Assembly (NCBI GenBank): GCA_964482955.1
Contig: CAYZZW010000004.1
Location: forward strand, 5,653-69,652
Length of the DNA: 64,000 nucleotides
From: an uncultured Treponemataceae bacterium
GTDB taxonomy: Bacteria; Spirochaetota; Spirochaetia; Treponematales; UBA12059
Reading direction: 5' to 3'
This document shows, piece by piece, positions 1 to 8,879 of the stretch. Numbering within the stretch: position 1 is the first letter of the stretch; each line of letters starts with the position of its first letter. The notes under the pieces are model-generated. The model worked only from the letters and a program-made list of their open reading frames with translations. It did not search any database and was not told the origin of the DNA. The position numbers were made by a program, and so were the translations under genes.

Positions 1-2785
1 CGCGGTCGAAATCGCCCCTGTCGGCGTACAGGCCGCCCAGGTTGTTGAGGCAGATGGCGACGGTTTCGTGGTCCGGTCCGAAGGCGGCCGTCATGATGTC
101 GTACGAACGCTCGAAGCAGTCGAGGGCGCGGACGAGATCGCCCCGGTCCTGGTACGCGTAGCCCATGTTGTTGAGGGTGACGGCGTAGGAGGGATGCGTG
201 TCGCCGACGGTTTTCGCGAAGATCGCGAGGGCTTGCCCGAACGCGTCCATGCCGGCGCGGTAGTCGCCCTGCCTGATCCGCGCGGTGGCGAGGTTGTTGA
301 GCGCGGCGGCGGTGTCCGCGTGCTCCGGCCCGAGGACGCGCTTCCGGATGGCGAGGGCTTCCTCGAGCTCGGCGATGCCGCGCTCGTAGTCGCCTGAGTC
401 CGTCCTCGTCATGCCGAGGTTGCACAGTGTCGTGGCGGCCGTCGGGCTCTCGCGGCCGAAGGCCTTTGCGAAGATGGCGAGGGCTTTTTCCATGCTGGCG
501 ACGGCGCCCTCGTAATCGCCCTTCGCGTTGAGCACGGTGCCGATGTTCGCGTAGCACGGCGCGATGTCGGGATGCTCCGGGCCGGAGATCTTTTCGAAAA
601 TGGCCTTCGTCCTTCCATAGTATTCGAGCGCGCCGTCGTAATCGCCCTTGTCGGAGAGGACGACCGCGATGTCGTTGCACGCGACCGCGACGTCGCGGTG
701 CAGCGGCCCGCGGACCTTTTCGGAGATTGCCAGGGCGCGACGGTAACTCGCGAGCGCGTCGTCGAAGGCGGCGACCTTGCGGCACTCGTCGCCGAGGAGG
801 ATGTGGACGGGCGCGAGACGCTCGTCGTCCGCGCCGAAGACCGCGGCGAGGAGGTCGAGGCTCCGGCGGAAGGCGGCGATGGCCGCGCGGCTGTCGCCCT
901 TGGCCGCGTGGGCGGTGGCCAGGTTGCCGACGATGTTCGCGGCGTCGGCCGTCTTGTCCCCGAACGCGCGGCGCTGGATGGCCAGCGCCTCCTCGAAGCG
1001 CGCGATCGCGTCGTCGTGGCGCCCGAGGTCGCCGAGGATCAAGCCCAGGTCGTTGAGGGCCGACACCGCGGCTTTTTCGTAGCCTGAGCCGGCCGCGCGG
1101 TAGACCGCGGCGGCCCGCGCCAGGTGTTCCGCCGCCTTGGCCGGATCGCCTTTTCCCATGTAGGCGCGACCCAGGTCGTGGGATACGTCGGCGACGAGCG
1201 GATCGTCCGGACCGAGCGCCTTGAGGCGGACGGCGAGGGCGCGCTCGAAGCGTTGGATGGCGCCCGCCCAATCCTCGAGGGCCGCGTACGACCTGCCCGC
1301 TTCGGCCACCACCTCGACGGCTTGCACGGAGTCCCGGCCGTGCGCGCGCTCGAAGATCGGGACGGCCTTGTCGAGATGCGTCATCGCGCGTTTCCACTCG
1401 CCGCCGTTGTTCGCGGCGATGCCCGCGAGGAAGAGGCAGGTGCCCGTCTCGAGGGAGTCGGCCCCGAACGAAGCCGTGGACCACGCGATGGCCGTCTCGA
1501 ACGCGTTCACCGCTTCGGCGTAGGAGCCCTGGCGGTTGTACGCCTTGCCGAGGCCGATCAGCGCCAGGCAGGGCAGCTCGTCGTCCTTGGACGCGGTCGC
1601 CTTCAAGATCGGCGCGGCTTGCGCGAAATACCCGACGGCCCGTCCGTAGTCCTTGGAAGCCGCGCAGCTCTCGCCGAGATAGTACAGACACATGCCGGCT
1701 TCCCGTCCGTCCGGGCCGAAGAGGAGGGTCGCGGCGGACTTGAGATTTTCGAGCGACTGGATCGCGTCCTCGTACTTTCCTTCCCCCGAGGTTTTCGTGG
1801 CGATGGTGATCCACCCGACGAACATGTCCATGCGCTTGGGGATGGTGTCGACGCGCCAGGTCCACACGCCTTCGACGACCGCGACCTTCGCCGCGTCGCC
1901 CTTCGCCTCGCAGAGGTCGTGGATCGCCTCGAGCGTGCCCGCGAGCATCTTGCCCGAACGGGACAGGCAGCCGCGCAGGAGTTCGGCGTCCGCCTGTTTG
2001 ACGACGAGCGCGCGGTCGACGTCCGAGTTCGTCGCGTAGCGGCAGAACCACAATCCCGTCCAGGCGCCGCGGCTCGACGCGCGGTTTTCGAGGAAGGTGA
2101 CGAGATCGCCGTCGAAGCCCTCGACGACGCCATCGTTGAAATCGGGCTCGAGGACCGTCGCGTCGTAACCCGCGAGGAACCACGCCATGCCGGCGCGATC
2201 GTCCGAGGCGCCGAAAGACGATAAGGCCGCGACGAAGCGCGGGCCGGCGGCGCGGGGTTCGAGCGCGACGGCCTTGTCCGCGTGCGCGACCGACGCGGGC
2301 CACGAGCCGTCGACGTAGTCGAACCACGCCAGGTCCCAGTACAGGAGGTAGCGGTCGCCTTTCCGCACCGCGGCGACCGAGGTGAGGAGGAGGCGATCCG
2401 CTCCGGCGCGGTCGCCTTGTTCGCGCAGCGCGTAGGCGTGCCACGAGTACGGATCGGCTTCCGCGGGATATCGCTTTTCGAGGATGACGAAGGCCGCGAT
2501 CGACTCGTCGTACGCGCCGAGCTGGTAGAGCGAGCAGCCGCGCATCCAGAGGCATTCGTACCACGAATCCTTGACGGTGGCCGACCCGGCCTTGTGCGTC
2601 GCTTCGTACGTGAGGCCTTTCGCCTCCAACTCGAGCGTGATCTCGACCGTCGCCTCCCAATCGCCGCTCTCGTACGCCGCCAAGGCGCGCTTGTAGATGT
2701 CGGCAAGCCTATCGGCCGGCGTTTGCGAGACTGCGGGAAGGATGAACGCGGCAAGGGCGAGCGACAGGACGACGATTTTCTTCAT
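1..2785 (-). CDS. Secreted TPR-repeat protein (TPR_12 / kinesin-light-chain-like repeats); 3' end lies outside the window
   Basis: Absent from the ORF track because the frame runs off the left edge. The reverse-strand ATG at 2785-2783 (ATGAAGAAAATCGTC) opens an uninterrupted frame to position 1. The product starts MKKIVVLSLALAAFILPAVSQ (signal peptide). Its distal two thirds is a run of ~42-aa repeats of the form N(L/I)G..Y...GDY..A...(F/Y)E.AL.I....(F/L)G..HP, e.g. CYANIGTVLNAKGDYEGAVASMEKALAIFAKAFG and ALNNLATARIRQGDYRAGMDAFGQALAIFAKTVG. Confidence 0.8.
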   Translation of the reverse strand, partial: MKKIVVLSLALAAFILPAVSQTPADRLADIYKRALAAYESGDWEATVEITLELEAKGLTYEATHKAGSATVKDSWYECLWMRGCSLYQLGAYDESIAAFVILEKRYPAEADPYSWHAYALREQGDRAGADRLLLTSVAAVRKGDRYLLYWDLAWFDYVDGSWPASVAHADKAVALEPRAAGPRFVAALSSFGASDDRAGMAWFLAGYDATVLEPDFNDGVVEGFDGDLVTFLENRASSRGAWTGLWFCRYATNSDVDRALVVKQADAELLRGCLSRSGKMLAGTLEAIHDLCEAKGDAAKVAVVEGVWTWRVDTIPKRMDMFVGWITIATKTSGEGKYEDAIQSLENLKSAATLLFGPDGREAGMCLYYLGESCAASKDYGRAVGYFAQAAPILKATASKDDELPCLALIGLGKAYNRQGSYAEAVNAFETAIAWSTASFGADSLETGTCLFLAGIAANNGGEWKRAMTHLDKAVPIFERAHGRDSVQAVEVVAEAGRSYAALEDWAGAIQRFERALAVRLKALGPDDPLVADVSHDLGRAYMGKGDPAKAAEHLARAAAVYRAAGSGYEKAAVSALNDLGLILGDLGRHDDAIARFEEALAIQRRAFGDKTADAANIVGNLATAHAAKGDSRAAIAAFRRSLDLLAAVFGADDERLAPVHILLGDECRKVAAFDDALASYRRALAISEKVRGPLHRDVAVACNDIAVVLSDKGDYDGALEYYGRTKAIFEKISGPEHPDIAPCYANIGTVLNAKGDYEGAVASMEKALAIFAKAFGRESPTAATTLCNLGMTRTDSGDYERGIAELEEALAIRKRVLGPEHADTAAALNNLATARIRQGDYRAGMDAFGQALAIFAKTVGDTHPSYAVTLNNMGYAYQDRGDLVRALDCFERSYDIMTAAFGPDHETVAICLNNLGGLYADRGDFDR

Positions 2786-2821
2786 GACGCACCTCGGGGA
2801 CCGATGACGATCCACGAGGTA

Positions 2822-2851
2822 AGTATGGTTCCGGCCGCCCAGGTTCGCCAA
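2822..2851 (-). promoter_or_regulatory. Candidate sigma-70-type promoter for the TPR gene
   Basis: The reverse strand reads TTGGCG-N18-CATACT (-35 at 2851-2846, -10 at 2827-2822), about 37 nt upstream of the ATG at 2785. This is a weak consensus match, called mainly on position. Confidence 0.25.
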
Positions 2852-2852
2852 T

Positions 2853-2914
2853 GCCGCGGCATCTGACGATGCCGTGCCATCTGACGATGCCGCGCCATCC
2901 GACGATGCCGCGGG
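2853..2914. repeat. 18-bp tandem repeat, 3.4 copies
   Basis: The units are gccgcggcatctgacgat (2853-2870), gccgtgccatctgacgat (2871-2888), gccgcgccatccgacgat (2889-2906) and a partial gccgcggg. Each unit carries inverted arms CATC-N4-GATG. The array lies between the divergent TPR and alpha-2-macroglobulin genes. Confidence 0.9.
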
Positions 2915-2938
2915 CCTCCTAGGCCGGCGTTTTCTCCG

Positions 2939-2967
2939 TCGACCTCCGAGCGATGTTCCTCTATAAT
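2939..2967 (+). promoter_or_regulatory. Candidate sigma-70-type promoter for the alpha-2-macroglobulin/pbpC operon
   Basis: TCGACC-N17-TATAAT, with a perfect -10 TATAAT at 2962-2967. It lies 33 nt upstream of ATG 3000. A GAGGAG RBS sits at 2988-2993. Confidence 0.35.
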
Positions 2968-2999
2968 TGGACCCATTCGACCAAAACGAGGAGCCATCC

Positions 3000-5900
3000 A
3001 TGAACCGAACCGTCCGGACGATCTGCCGCGCTACGGCGCTCGTCGCCGCGATCGCGCTCGCCGCATGTGCGCTGACCGGCTGCAAGCCGAAGCCCGCCGC
3101 GGAGCTTCCCGCCGGTTCCGGCGTCCTCGAGACGGCGAACGACGGGCCGCCCGCCCAGTACGAGCTCGAGACGCTCGACGCCCAGCTCGCGTCGTACAAG
3201 ATCAAGTACTACAAGCCCGCCACCCGCGAGGAGCCCGCGCGCGACTCGAAAGAAGGCGCGATCCAGTCCACGTCGAACGAGCCCTTCGAGGCGATCGAGT
3301 TCGGCCCCTCGGGCGAGCTGCCGTCGGACGTGCGCCTGCCCGTGGTCTTCGTCTCATTTTCGCGGCCGGTGATCCCGCTCGCCAAGCTCGGCGAGCCGAT
3401 CAAGGAGTCGACGGTCTTCAAGATCGACCCGCCCCTCAAGGGCGTGTACCGTTGGCTCGGCACGAAGATGCTCTCGTTCCAGGCGGACGAGGCGATGCGC
3501 CCGCTCGTCGAGTACAAGGTCTCGGTCGATCCCGGGCTCAAGGCCCTCGACGGGACCCGGCTCGCCGCGCCGTGTTCGTTTTCCTTCTATAATGAACGCC
3601 TCCGCATGAGCGCGATCCGTCCGGGCACGGACCCCGCGAAGGAAGTCAATCCGGGCGACTGCCCGCCGGCCGAGGCGCGGCGCGTCCTCGTGACCTTTAA
3701 CTACCCGGTGGATCCCGCGGTCGTGTCGAAGGGCATGGAGGTGAAGGCCGGGGAAAAGACCGTCGGCTTCTCCGCGTCGCGCCCGAAGGACGCCGCGAAG
3801 TCCGTCCCGCCGGAACTCCTCGAGCGGCAGCTCGTCCTCGACCTTTCGTCGACCCCGCCCGAAAACGTTCAGGTGCTCGTGATCCTCAAGCGCGGGGCGA
3901 AGTCCGACGCGGACGGCCGGCCGCTCGAGTTCGACGAGTCGCTCGGGTTCCACACCCTCAGGCCCTTCGTCTTCGCCGACTCGTCGACGTACTCGTATTC
4001 CTTCCCGCGCTCCAAGAAAGGCGATTCGAACCCGATCTTCCTCATGTTTTCGCACCCGGTCGACGCGAAGGACGCGTGGAAGAAGATCGCCGCGTCGGGC
4101 GGATTGGCCATCGCCGCGGACAACGTGGAGGTGTACGGCCGCACCGTGCGCGTCAACGACTTGCCGGTGAAGTACGAAACCACGTACACGTTCACGGTGG
4201 ATCCCTCGCTCAAGGACGTCTACGGGCGCGCGCTCGGCAAGACGGCGACGGCCACGATCGAGATCGGCGGGCCCGCGCGTTTCGTGTACATCCCGAACCG
4301 GGGCGCGCGCATGGTCGAGGCGTCGTTCCCGCCGAAGCTCGTGTGGGAAATGCAGGATCCGCTCGAGGCGAGCGTCACCGTCGGAAAGCTCGCGAGCGAT
4401 CCGCTCCTCCGTCGTTCACATCTGCCGAACATTTCGGGCGGGCAGACGAAAAAGATCGATGTCGGCGCCTTGCCCCCGCACACGAAGCACTTCGAAACCA
4501 TCGACTTGAAGCCCTACGTCTCGAAGGAGGGGACGGGCTGGGTGGGCGTCACGTGGAAGGCCGTCACCGGCGTGAAGGATTACCAGAAGGCCGAAGCCGG
4601 ACTCGCCCTGCAGGTGACCGACCTGGCGGCCACGACGCGCTTCGGCGCCAACGGCCTCGTCTGCCTCGTGTCGCGCATCTCGACGGGAGAGGTCGTACCG
4701 GGCGCGGAAGTGGCGCTCAAGAATTTCGAGCGTACCGTGATGACCGCGCGCACGGACGGAAACGGCCTGGCCGAGTTCCGCTACACGCCGTCGGAGTTCC
4801 TGGCGAAGTTCCCGCCATCCTCCGAACGTCAGTGGGCGCGCTACGATCTCGCCGTCGCGGTGACGTACCGCGGCGACCGCATCGAGTACATCCCCGCGGA
4901 CCACGATATGTGGCGCTCCGGCATCTATTCGGTATCGAATCCGGCGGCGATCCAAAAGCCGCGCGCCGAAACCTTCCTCTTCACCGACCGGCGCATCTAC
5001 CGCCCCGGCGAGATCCTGACCTTCCGCGGCATCGACCGGACGCTCCTCATGGGCGCGTATACGGCCTACGAGGGTACGTGGACCATGAAACTCGTCGACT
5101 CCGAAGGCGAGACCGCGGGCTCCGTCTCCGGCTCCACGACCGAGTCCGGCGGCTTTACCGGCACGCTGAGCGTGCCGGACACCCTCGCGCCCGGCGAATG
5201 CCGCATCGAGTACAAGCGGAACGAAGGGCCCACGGAGACCGAGTACCCGACAAGGAGCGAACCAGTCACCGTCTCGTATTTCCGCAGGCTCATCTTCGAG
5301 GCGTCGATTTCAGCTCCTGAACTGCCCGCGTACCAGGGCGACGAACTGTCCTTCGGACTCTCCGCGTCCTACCTCGCCGGCGGCGCGCTCGCCGGCGCGA
5401 CCTACGACGGCTACTGGACGCGCGAACCCGCGTCGTTCAAGCCAGATGGCGCGCGCTGGGCGCCGTACCGCTTCGGTCCCGGCGGCTGGGGCGACCGGCA
5501 GACCCTGTCAGAGGTGAAGGGATCGCTCAACCAGCTCGGCAAGGCGGCCATTTCGCAGAAGACGACGATGGAAGGCGTCGCGGGGCTGCCCTATCGCTAT
5601 CGCCTCAACCTGAACGTGACGGACACGGTGAGCGCGCAGGCCATCGGCGCGTCGAAGGGCGTGGTCGTCCATCCCGCCGAATTCTATGTCGGCGCGCGCA
5701 TGCCCAAGGGCGGCTCGTGGATGCCCTTCCTCGGGAAGGGCGAGACGGGCGACGTCGAGATCGTCCTCGCGGAGCCGGGCGGCGCCGCCGTGTCGGAGCC
5801 CGTCACCGTGAAGGCGGAAGCCGTGCGCTACGAGTGGAAGATGGCGCAACAGCAGGGCGTCGACGCCGTCGACACGCGCTGGGAGCGCGTCGAGACGGTG

Positions 5901-8879
5901 ACCGACCGCGCGACGGTGTCGTATTCGGGATCGCTTTCGAACTACCGCTTCAAGGCCGAGAAGGAAGGCGAGTACGTGATCGTCCTCACCGCGCGCGACC
6001 GCGCCGGACGCGAAGCCGTGACCAAGCTGCCCGTGTACGTGACGGGTTCCGAGTGGATACGCTGGCGAGGCGACTCCGACGAGTCGGTGTCGCTCCTGCC
6101 GGACAAGGAACGCTACGCGCCCGGCGACACGGCGAAGGTGATCCTCGCCTCGCCCCTGCCGTCGGGCACCTACCTCGTCAACGTGGAGCGCGAGGGCATC
6201 CTCGATTCGCGCGTCGTGAAGGTCCAGGGCTCGACCGCCGTCATCGACGTGCCGATCAAGGAAACGTACCTGCCCGTCGTCTACGTGACGGTGTCGTCGT
6301 GGTCGAAGCGCTCGGGCGAGCCTTCGCACACCTACTACCAGCCCGACCTCGACAAGCCGAAGGGGTACTTCGGCGTCACGGCGCTCATGGTGGATTCCGC
6401 CGCGCGCCGCGTCTCGGTCGACATCAAGCCCGACCGCCCGGTGTACGCGCCGGGGCAGGAGGCGCGGATCAAGCTCAGCGCCAGCTTGAACGGCAAGCCC
6501 GTGAAGGGCGCCGAGCTCACCTTCATGGCGGTGGATCGCGGCGTCGTCGACATCGTCGACTACCACGTGCCCGATCCGGTCGCGTTCTTCTACGACCCGG
6601 ACAAGTTCCCCATCGCGACGCAGGGCGGCGATTCCCGCTCGATGCTCATCGATCCGGTCACCTACGAAGTGAAGGACCAGATCGGCGGCGACGCCGAGGA
6701 ATCGAAGATGGCCGAGCGCAAGGACTTCCGGCCGACCGCGGTCTTCGAGCCGGCGCTCGTCACCGGGGCCGACGGCACGGTGGAAGCCGTGTTCACGTGG
6801 CCCGACAACCTGACCACGTATCGCCTGACCGCGGTGGCCGTCAAGGACGACCGCTTCGGCCTGGCCGAAAGCGACCAACGCGTCTCCAACCCGATCAACG
6901 TGAAGGCGGTGTTGCCGCGCGGGCTCCGCGAGCGCGACACGGCGCTGGCCGGCGTCATCGCGACGAACCTGGACGACAAGCCGCACGAAGTGACCGTGCG
7001 CTGCTCCTCGACCCTCGTGTCGGTGGACGGCGTCGCGGAAAAGACGAAGACCGTCGAGCCGCGGGGCACCGTCGAATTCGCCTTCCGCCTGGCGGCCGAC
7101 AAGCCGGGCAAGGGCGAGATCGTCTTCACGACGAGCTCCGACGTCCTCAACGAGCGCCTCCGCGAGCCCTTCGAAGTGCGGCGGCCGTACATCTACGAAA
7201 CCGTGGCCACCATCGGCTCGCTGCCCGCGCGCGCGGGCGACACGGCGAAAGCCGCCGAGGGCGTCGTCATCCCGTCGAGCTCGCCGGACGGCGCGGGCGC
7301 CCTCGGGCTCTCGCTCGCGTCCAGCCGCGTGCCGACCCTTTCGTCCGCGGTCGACTACGTTTTCCGTTATCCCTACGGCTGCCTCGAACAGCGGACTTCC
7401 GCGCTCCTCCCGCTCGTCGCGTTCGGCGAATACGCCGACGCGTTCGGCCTCTCGTCCGAGGTGGGCGACGTCAAGTCCGCGGTGTCGGACGGCATGGCCT
7501 ATCTCAAGCGCTTCCAACAGCGGGACGGCGGTTTCGGCTGGTGGCCCGAATCGAAGCAGTCGGACTTTTACGTGAGCCTCCGCGTCGGGCACCTCGTCGC
7601 CCTCGCGGGCGCGAACGGCTATCAGACGCACGTGGACAAAGCCGCGCTCGCGGCCTATCTGCAAAAGCAGTTCCGGACGAAAGACCGCGGCGCCTACCTG
7701 GGCGCGTACGCAACGTGGGTGCTGGCGAAGCTCGGCGCCGGTTCGCGCGAGGCGATCGACACGGTCGTGCGCGAGGCGGACGCCGTCGGGTTCGTGGGCT
7801 GGTGCTTCGCGGGTTTGGCCGCCCAGGAACTCGGCGACAAGGCTTACGCGGCGGATCTCTTCCGCCGCGTGTCGAACTACATGCGACCCGCGGCCCGCGG
7901 CGTCGACCTGAGCGGCGTGAAGGGAGCCGAGTACGGCTTCTACGGCTCGAAGACCGAGGCGCTGTCGCTCTACCTCATGCTGAGCCTCAAGCTGGCGCCC
8001 GAAAGCGACATGAATTCGCGCATCGTCGACACCCTCGTGGCGGAGCAGAAGACGGGCTACTGGCATTCCACCGCGGAGACCTGGTGGGCCCTGCAGGCCT
8101 TCCGCGCGGCGGTGGACGCCGACGGTTCCGCAAAAGCCGATTTCACGGCGCGCGCCACGTTGGCCGGCGCCACCCTCGCGGAGACGACGTTCAAAGGACT
8201 GTCCGGCGAACGGGACGTCCGTTCGTTCGCCTTCACCGAAGCGCCCTTGAACGCGATGAAGCGCGACGAGATCCTGCCGCTCGAGATATCGCGCGAGGGA
8301 AACGGGGCGCTCTACTACGCCGCGACCCTGCGCTACGCGATTCCCGTGGAGACCGCGAAGGCGCGCGACGAAGGCTTGTCGGTGTATTCGGAAGTCCTCG
8401 ACGAGCATGGCAAGCCCCTCAAGGGCGACAAGCTCGTGAAGGGACGGCTCTACCGCATGCGCGTCGTCGTGTCGTCGAACCTCGACCGCACCTTCGTGGC
8501 CATCCGCGCGCCGGTGCCCTCGGGGTGCGACCTCGTGGACACGAGCCAGGCGACCTCCGTGCTCGTGGGTCCGAAACCGCCGAAAGCGGGCGAAGGCGGC
8601 GGCGATTACGAAAGCGGCTACGGCGGCGAGTATGACGGGTACGACGGGTACGGCGACTACTATTACTACGATCCCTATTCGCCGCTCGTGCGGCTGTACG
8701 ACGCGGAGGCGTGCGTCTTCTTCGACCGCTTCCGGCGGGGCACGCGCGAATACTCGTTCTACTTCCGCGCCGTCGCCAAGGGCGTGTACCCGACCCCGCC
8801 GGCGTCCGCGGAGTGCATGTACGAACCGGAGGTGTTCGGGCGGGACATCGGGCGGCTCTTCCTGATCGACGAAAAATGA
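3000..8879 (+). CDS. Bacterial alpha-2-macroglobulin family lipoprotein (YfhM/ECAM type), thioester-containing
   Basis: Track ORF 2967-8879. The preferred start is ATG 3000, six nt after GAGGAG. The N-terminus MNRTVRTICRATALVAAIALAACALTGC is a lipoprotein signal with lipobox LTGC. The thioester motif is intact in YPYGCLEQRTSALLPL (CLEQ codons 7380-7391). The ~1960-aa, beta-rich protein is typical of bacterial A2M and is paired with pbpC. Confidence 0.9.
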   Translation: MNRTVRTICRATALVAAIALAACALTGCKPKPAAELPAGSGVLETANDGPPAQYELETLDAQLASYKIKYYKPATREEPARDSKEGAIQSTSNEPFEAIEFGPSGELPSDVRLPVVFVSFSRPVIPLAKLGEPIKESTVFKIDPPLKGVYRWLGTKMLSFQADEAMRPLVEYKVSVDPGLKALDGTRLAAPCSFSFYNERLRMSAIRPGTDPAKEVNPGDCPPAEARRVLVTFNYPVDPAVVSKGMEVKAGEKTVGFSASRPKDAAKSVPPELLERQLVLDLSSTPPENVQVLVILKRGAKSDADGRPLEFDESLGFHTLRPFVFADSSTYSYSFPRSKKGDSNPIFLMFSHPVDAKDAWKKIAASGGLAIAADNVEVYGRTVRVNDLPVKYETTYTFTVDPSLKDVYGRALGKTATATIEIGGPARFVYIPNRGARMVEASFPPKLVWEMQDPLEASVTVGKLASDPLLRRSHLPNISGGQTKKIDVGALPPHTKHFETIDLKPYVSKEGTGWVGVTWKAVTGVKDYQKAEAGLALQVTDLAATTRFGANGLVCLVSRISTGEVVPGAEVALKNFERTVMTARTDGNGLAEFRYTPSEFLAKFPPSSERQWARYDLAVAVTYRGDRIEYIPADHDMWRSGIYSVSNPAAIQKPRAETFLFTDRRIYRPGEILTFRGIDRTLLMGAYTAYEGTWTMKLVDSEGETAGSVSGSTTESGGFTGTLSVPDTLAPGECRIEYKRNEGPTETEYPTRSEPVTVSYFRRLIFEASISAPELPAYQGDELSFGLSASYLAGGALAGATYDGYWTREPASFKPDGARWAPYRFGPGGWGDRQTLSEVKGSLNQLGKAAISQKTTMEGVAGLPYRYRLNLNVTDTVSAQAIGASKGVVVHPAEFYVGARMPKGGSWMPFLGKGETGDVEIVLAEPGGAAVSEPVTVKAEAVRYEWKMAQQQGVDAVDTRWERVETVTDRATVSYSGSLSNYRFKAEKEGEYVIVLTARDRAGREAVTKLPVYVTGSEWIRWRGDSDESVSLLPDKERYAPGDTAKVILASPLPSGTYLVNVEREGILDSRVVKVQGSTAVIDVPIKETYLPVVYVTVSSWSKRSGEPSHTYYQPDLDKPKGYFGVTALMVDSAARRVSVDIKPDRPVYAPGQEARIKLSASLNGKPVKGAELTFMAVDRGVVDIVDYHVPDPVAFFYDPDKFPIATQGGDSRSMLIDPVTYEVKDQIGGDAEESKMAERKDFRPTAVFEPALVTGADGTVEAVFTWPDNLTTYRLTAVAVKDDRFGLAESDQRVSNPINVKAVLPRGLRERDTALAGVIATNLDDKPHEVTVRCSSTLVSVDGVAEKTKTVEPRGTVEFAFRLAADKPGKGEIVFTTSSDVLNERLREPFEVRRPYIYETVATIGSLPARAGDTAKAAEGVVIPSSSPDGAGALGLSLASSRVPTLSSAVDYVFRYPYGCLEQRTSALLPLVAFGEYADAFGLSSEVGDVKSAVSDGMAYLKRFQQRDGGFGWWPESKQSDFYVSLRVGHLVALAGANGYQTHVDKAALAAYLQKQFRTKDRGAYLGAYATWVLAKLGAGSREAIDTVVREADAVGFVGWCFAGLAAQELGDKAYAADLFRRVSNYMRPAARGVDLSGVKGAEYGFYGSKTEALSLYLMLSLKLAPESDMNSRIVDTLVAEQKTGYWHSTAETWWALQAFRAAVDADGSAKADFTARATLAGATLAETTFKGLSGERDVRSFAFTEAPLNAMKRDEILPLEISREGNGALYYAATLRYAIPVETAKARDEGLSVYSEVLDEHGKPLKGDKLVKGRLYRMRVVVSSNLDRTFVAIRAPVPSGCDLVDTSQATSVLVGPKPPKAGEGGGDYESGYGGEYDGYDGYGDYYYYDPYSPLVRLYDAEACVFFDRFRRGTREYSFYFRAVAKGVYPTPPASAECMYEPEVFGRDIGRLFLIDEK

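Noticed and set aside
2853-2914. Possibility that the 18-19-bp tandem arrays (also at 12844-12900 and 20719-20817) are CRISPR arrays
   Set aside because: The units are directly adjacent with no spacers. They are far shorter than CRISPR repeats, and no cas genes are present.
5508-8635. 966-aa minus-strand and 972-aa plus-strand (alternative frame) ORFs inside the alpha-2-macroglobulin gene
   Set aside because: Both are shadow or alternative-frame ORFs with Arg-rich nonsense composition. The A2M frame carries the CLEQ thioester motif and the lipobox.
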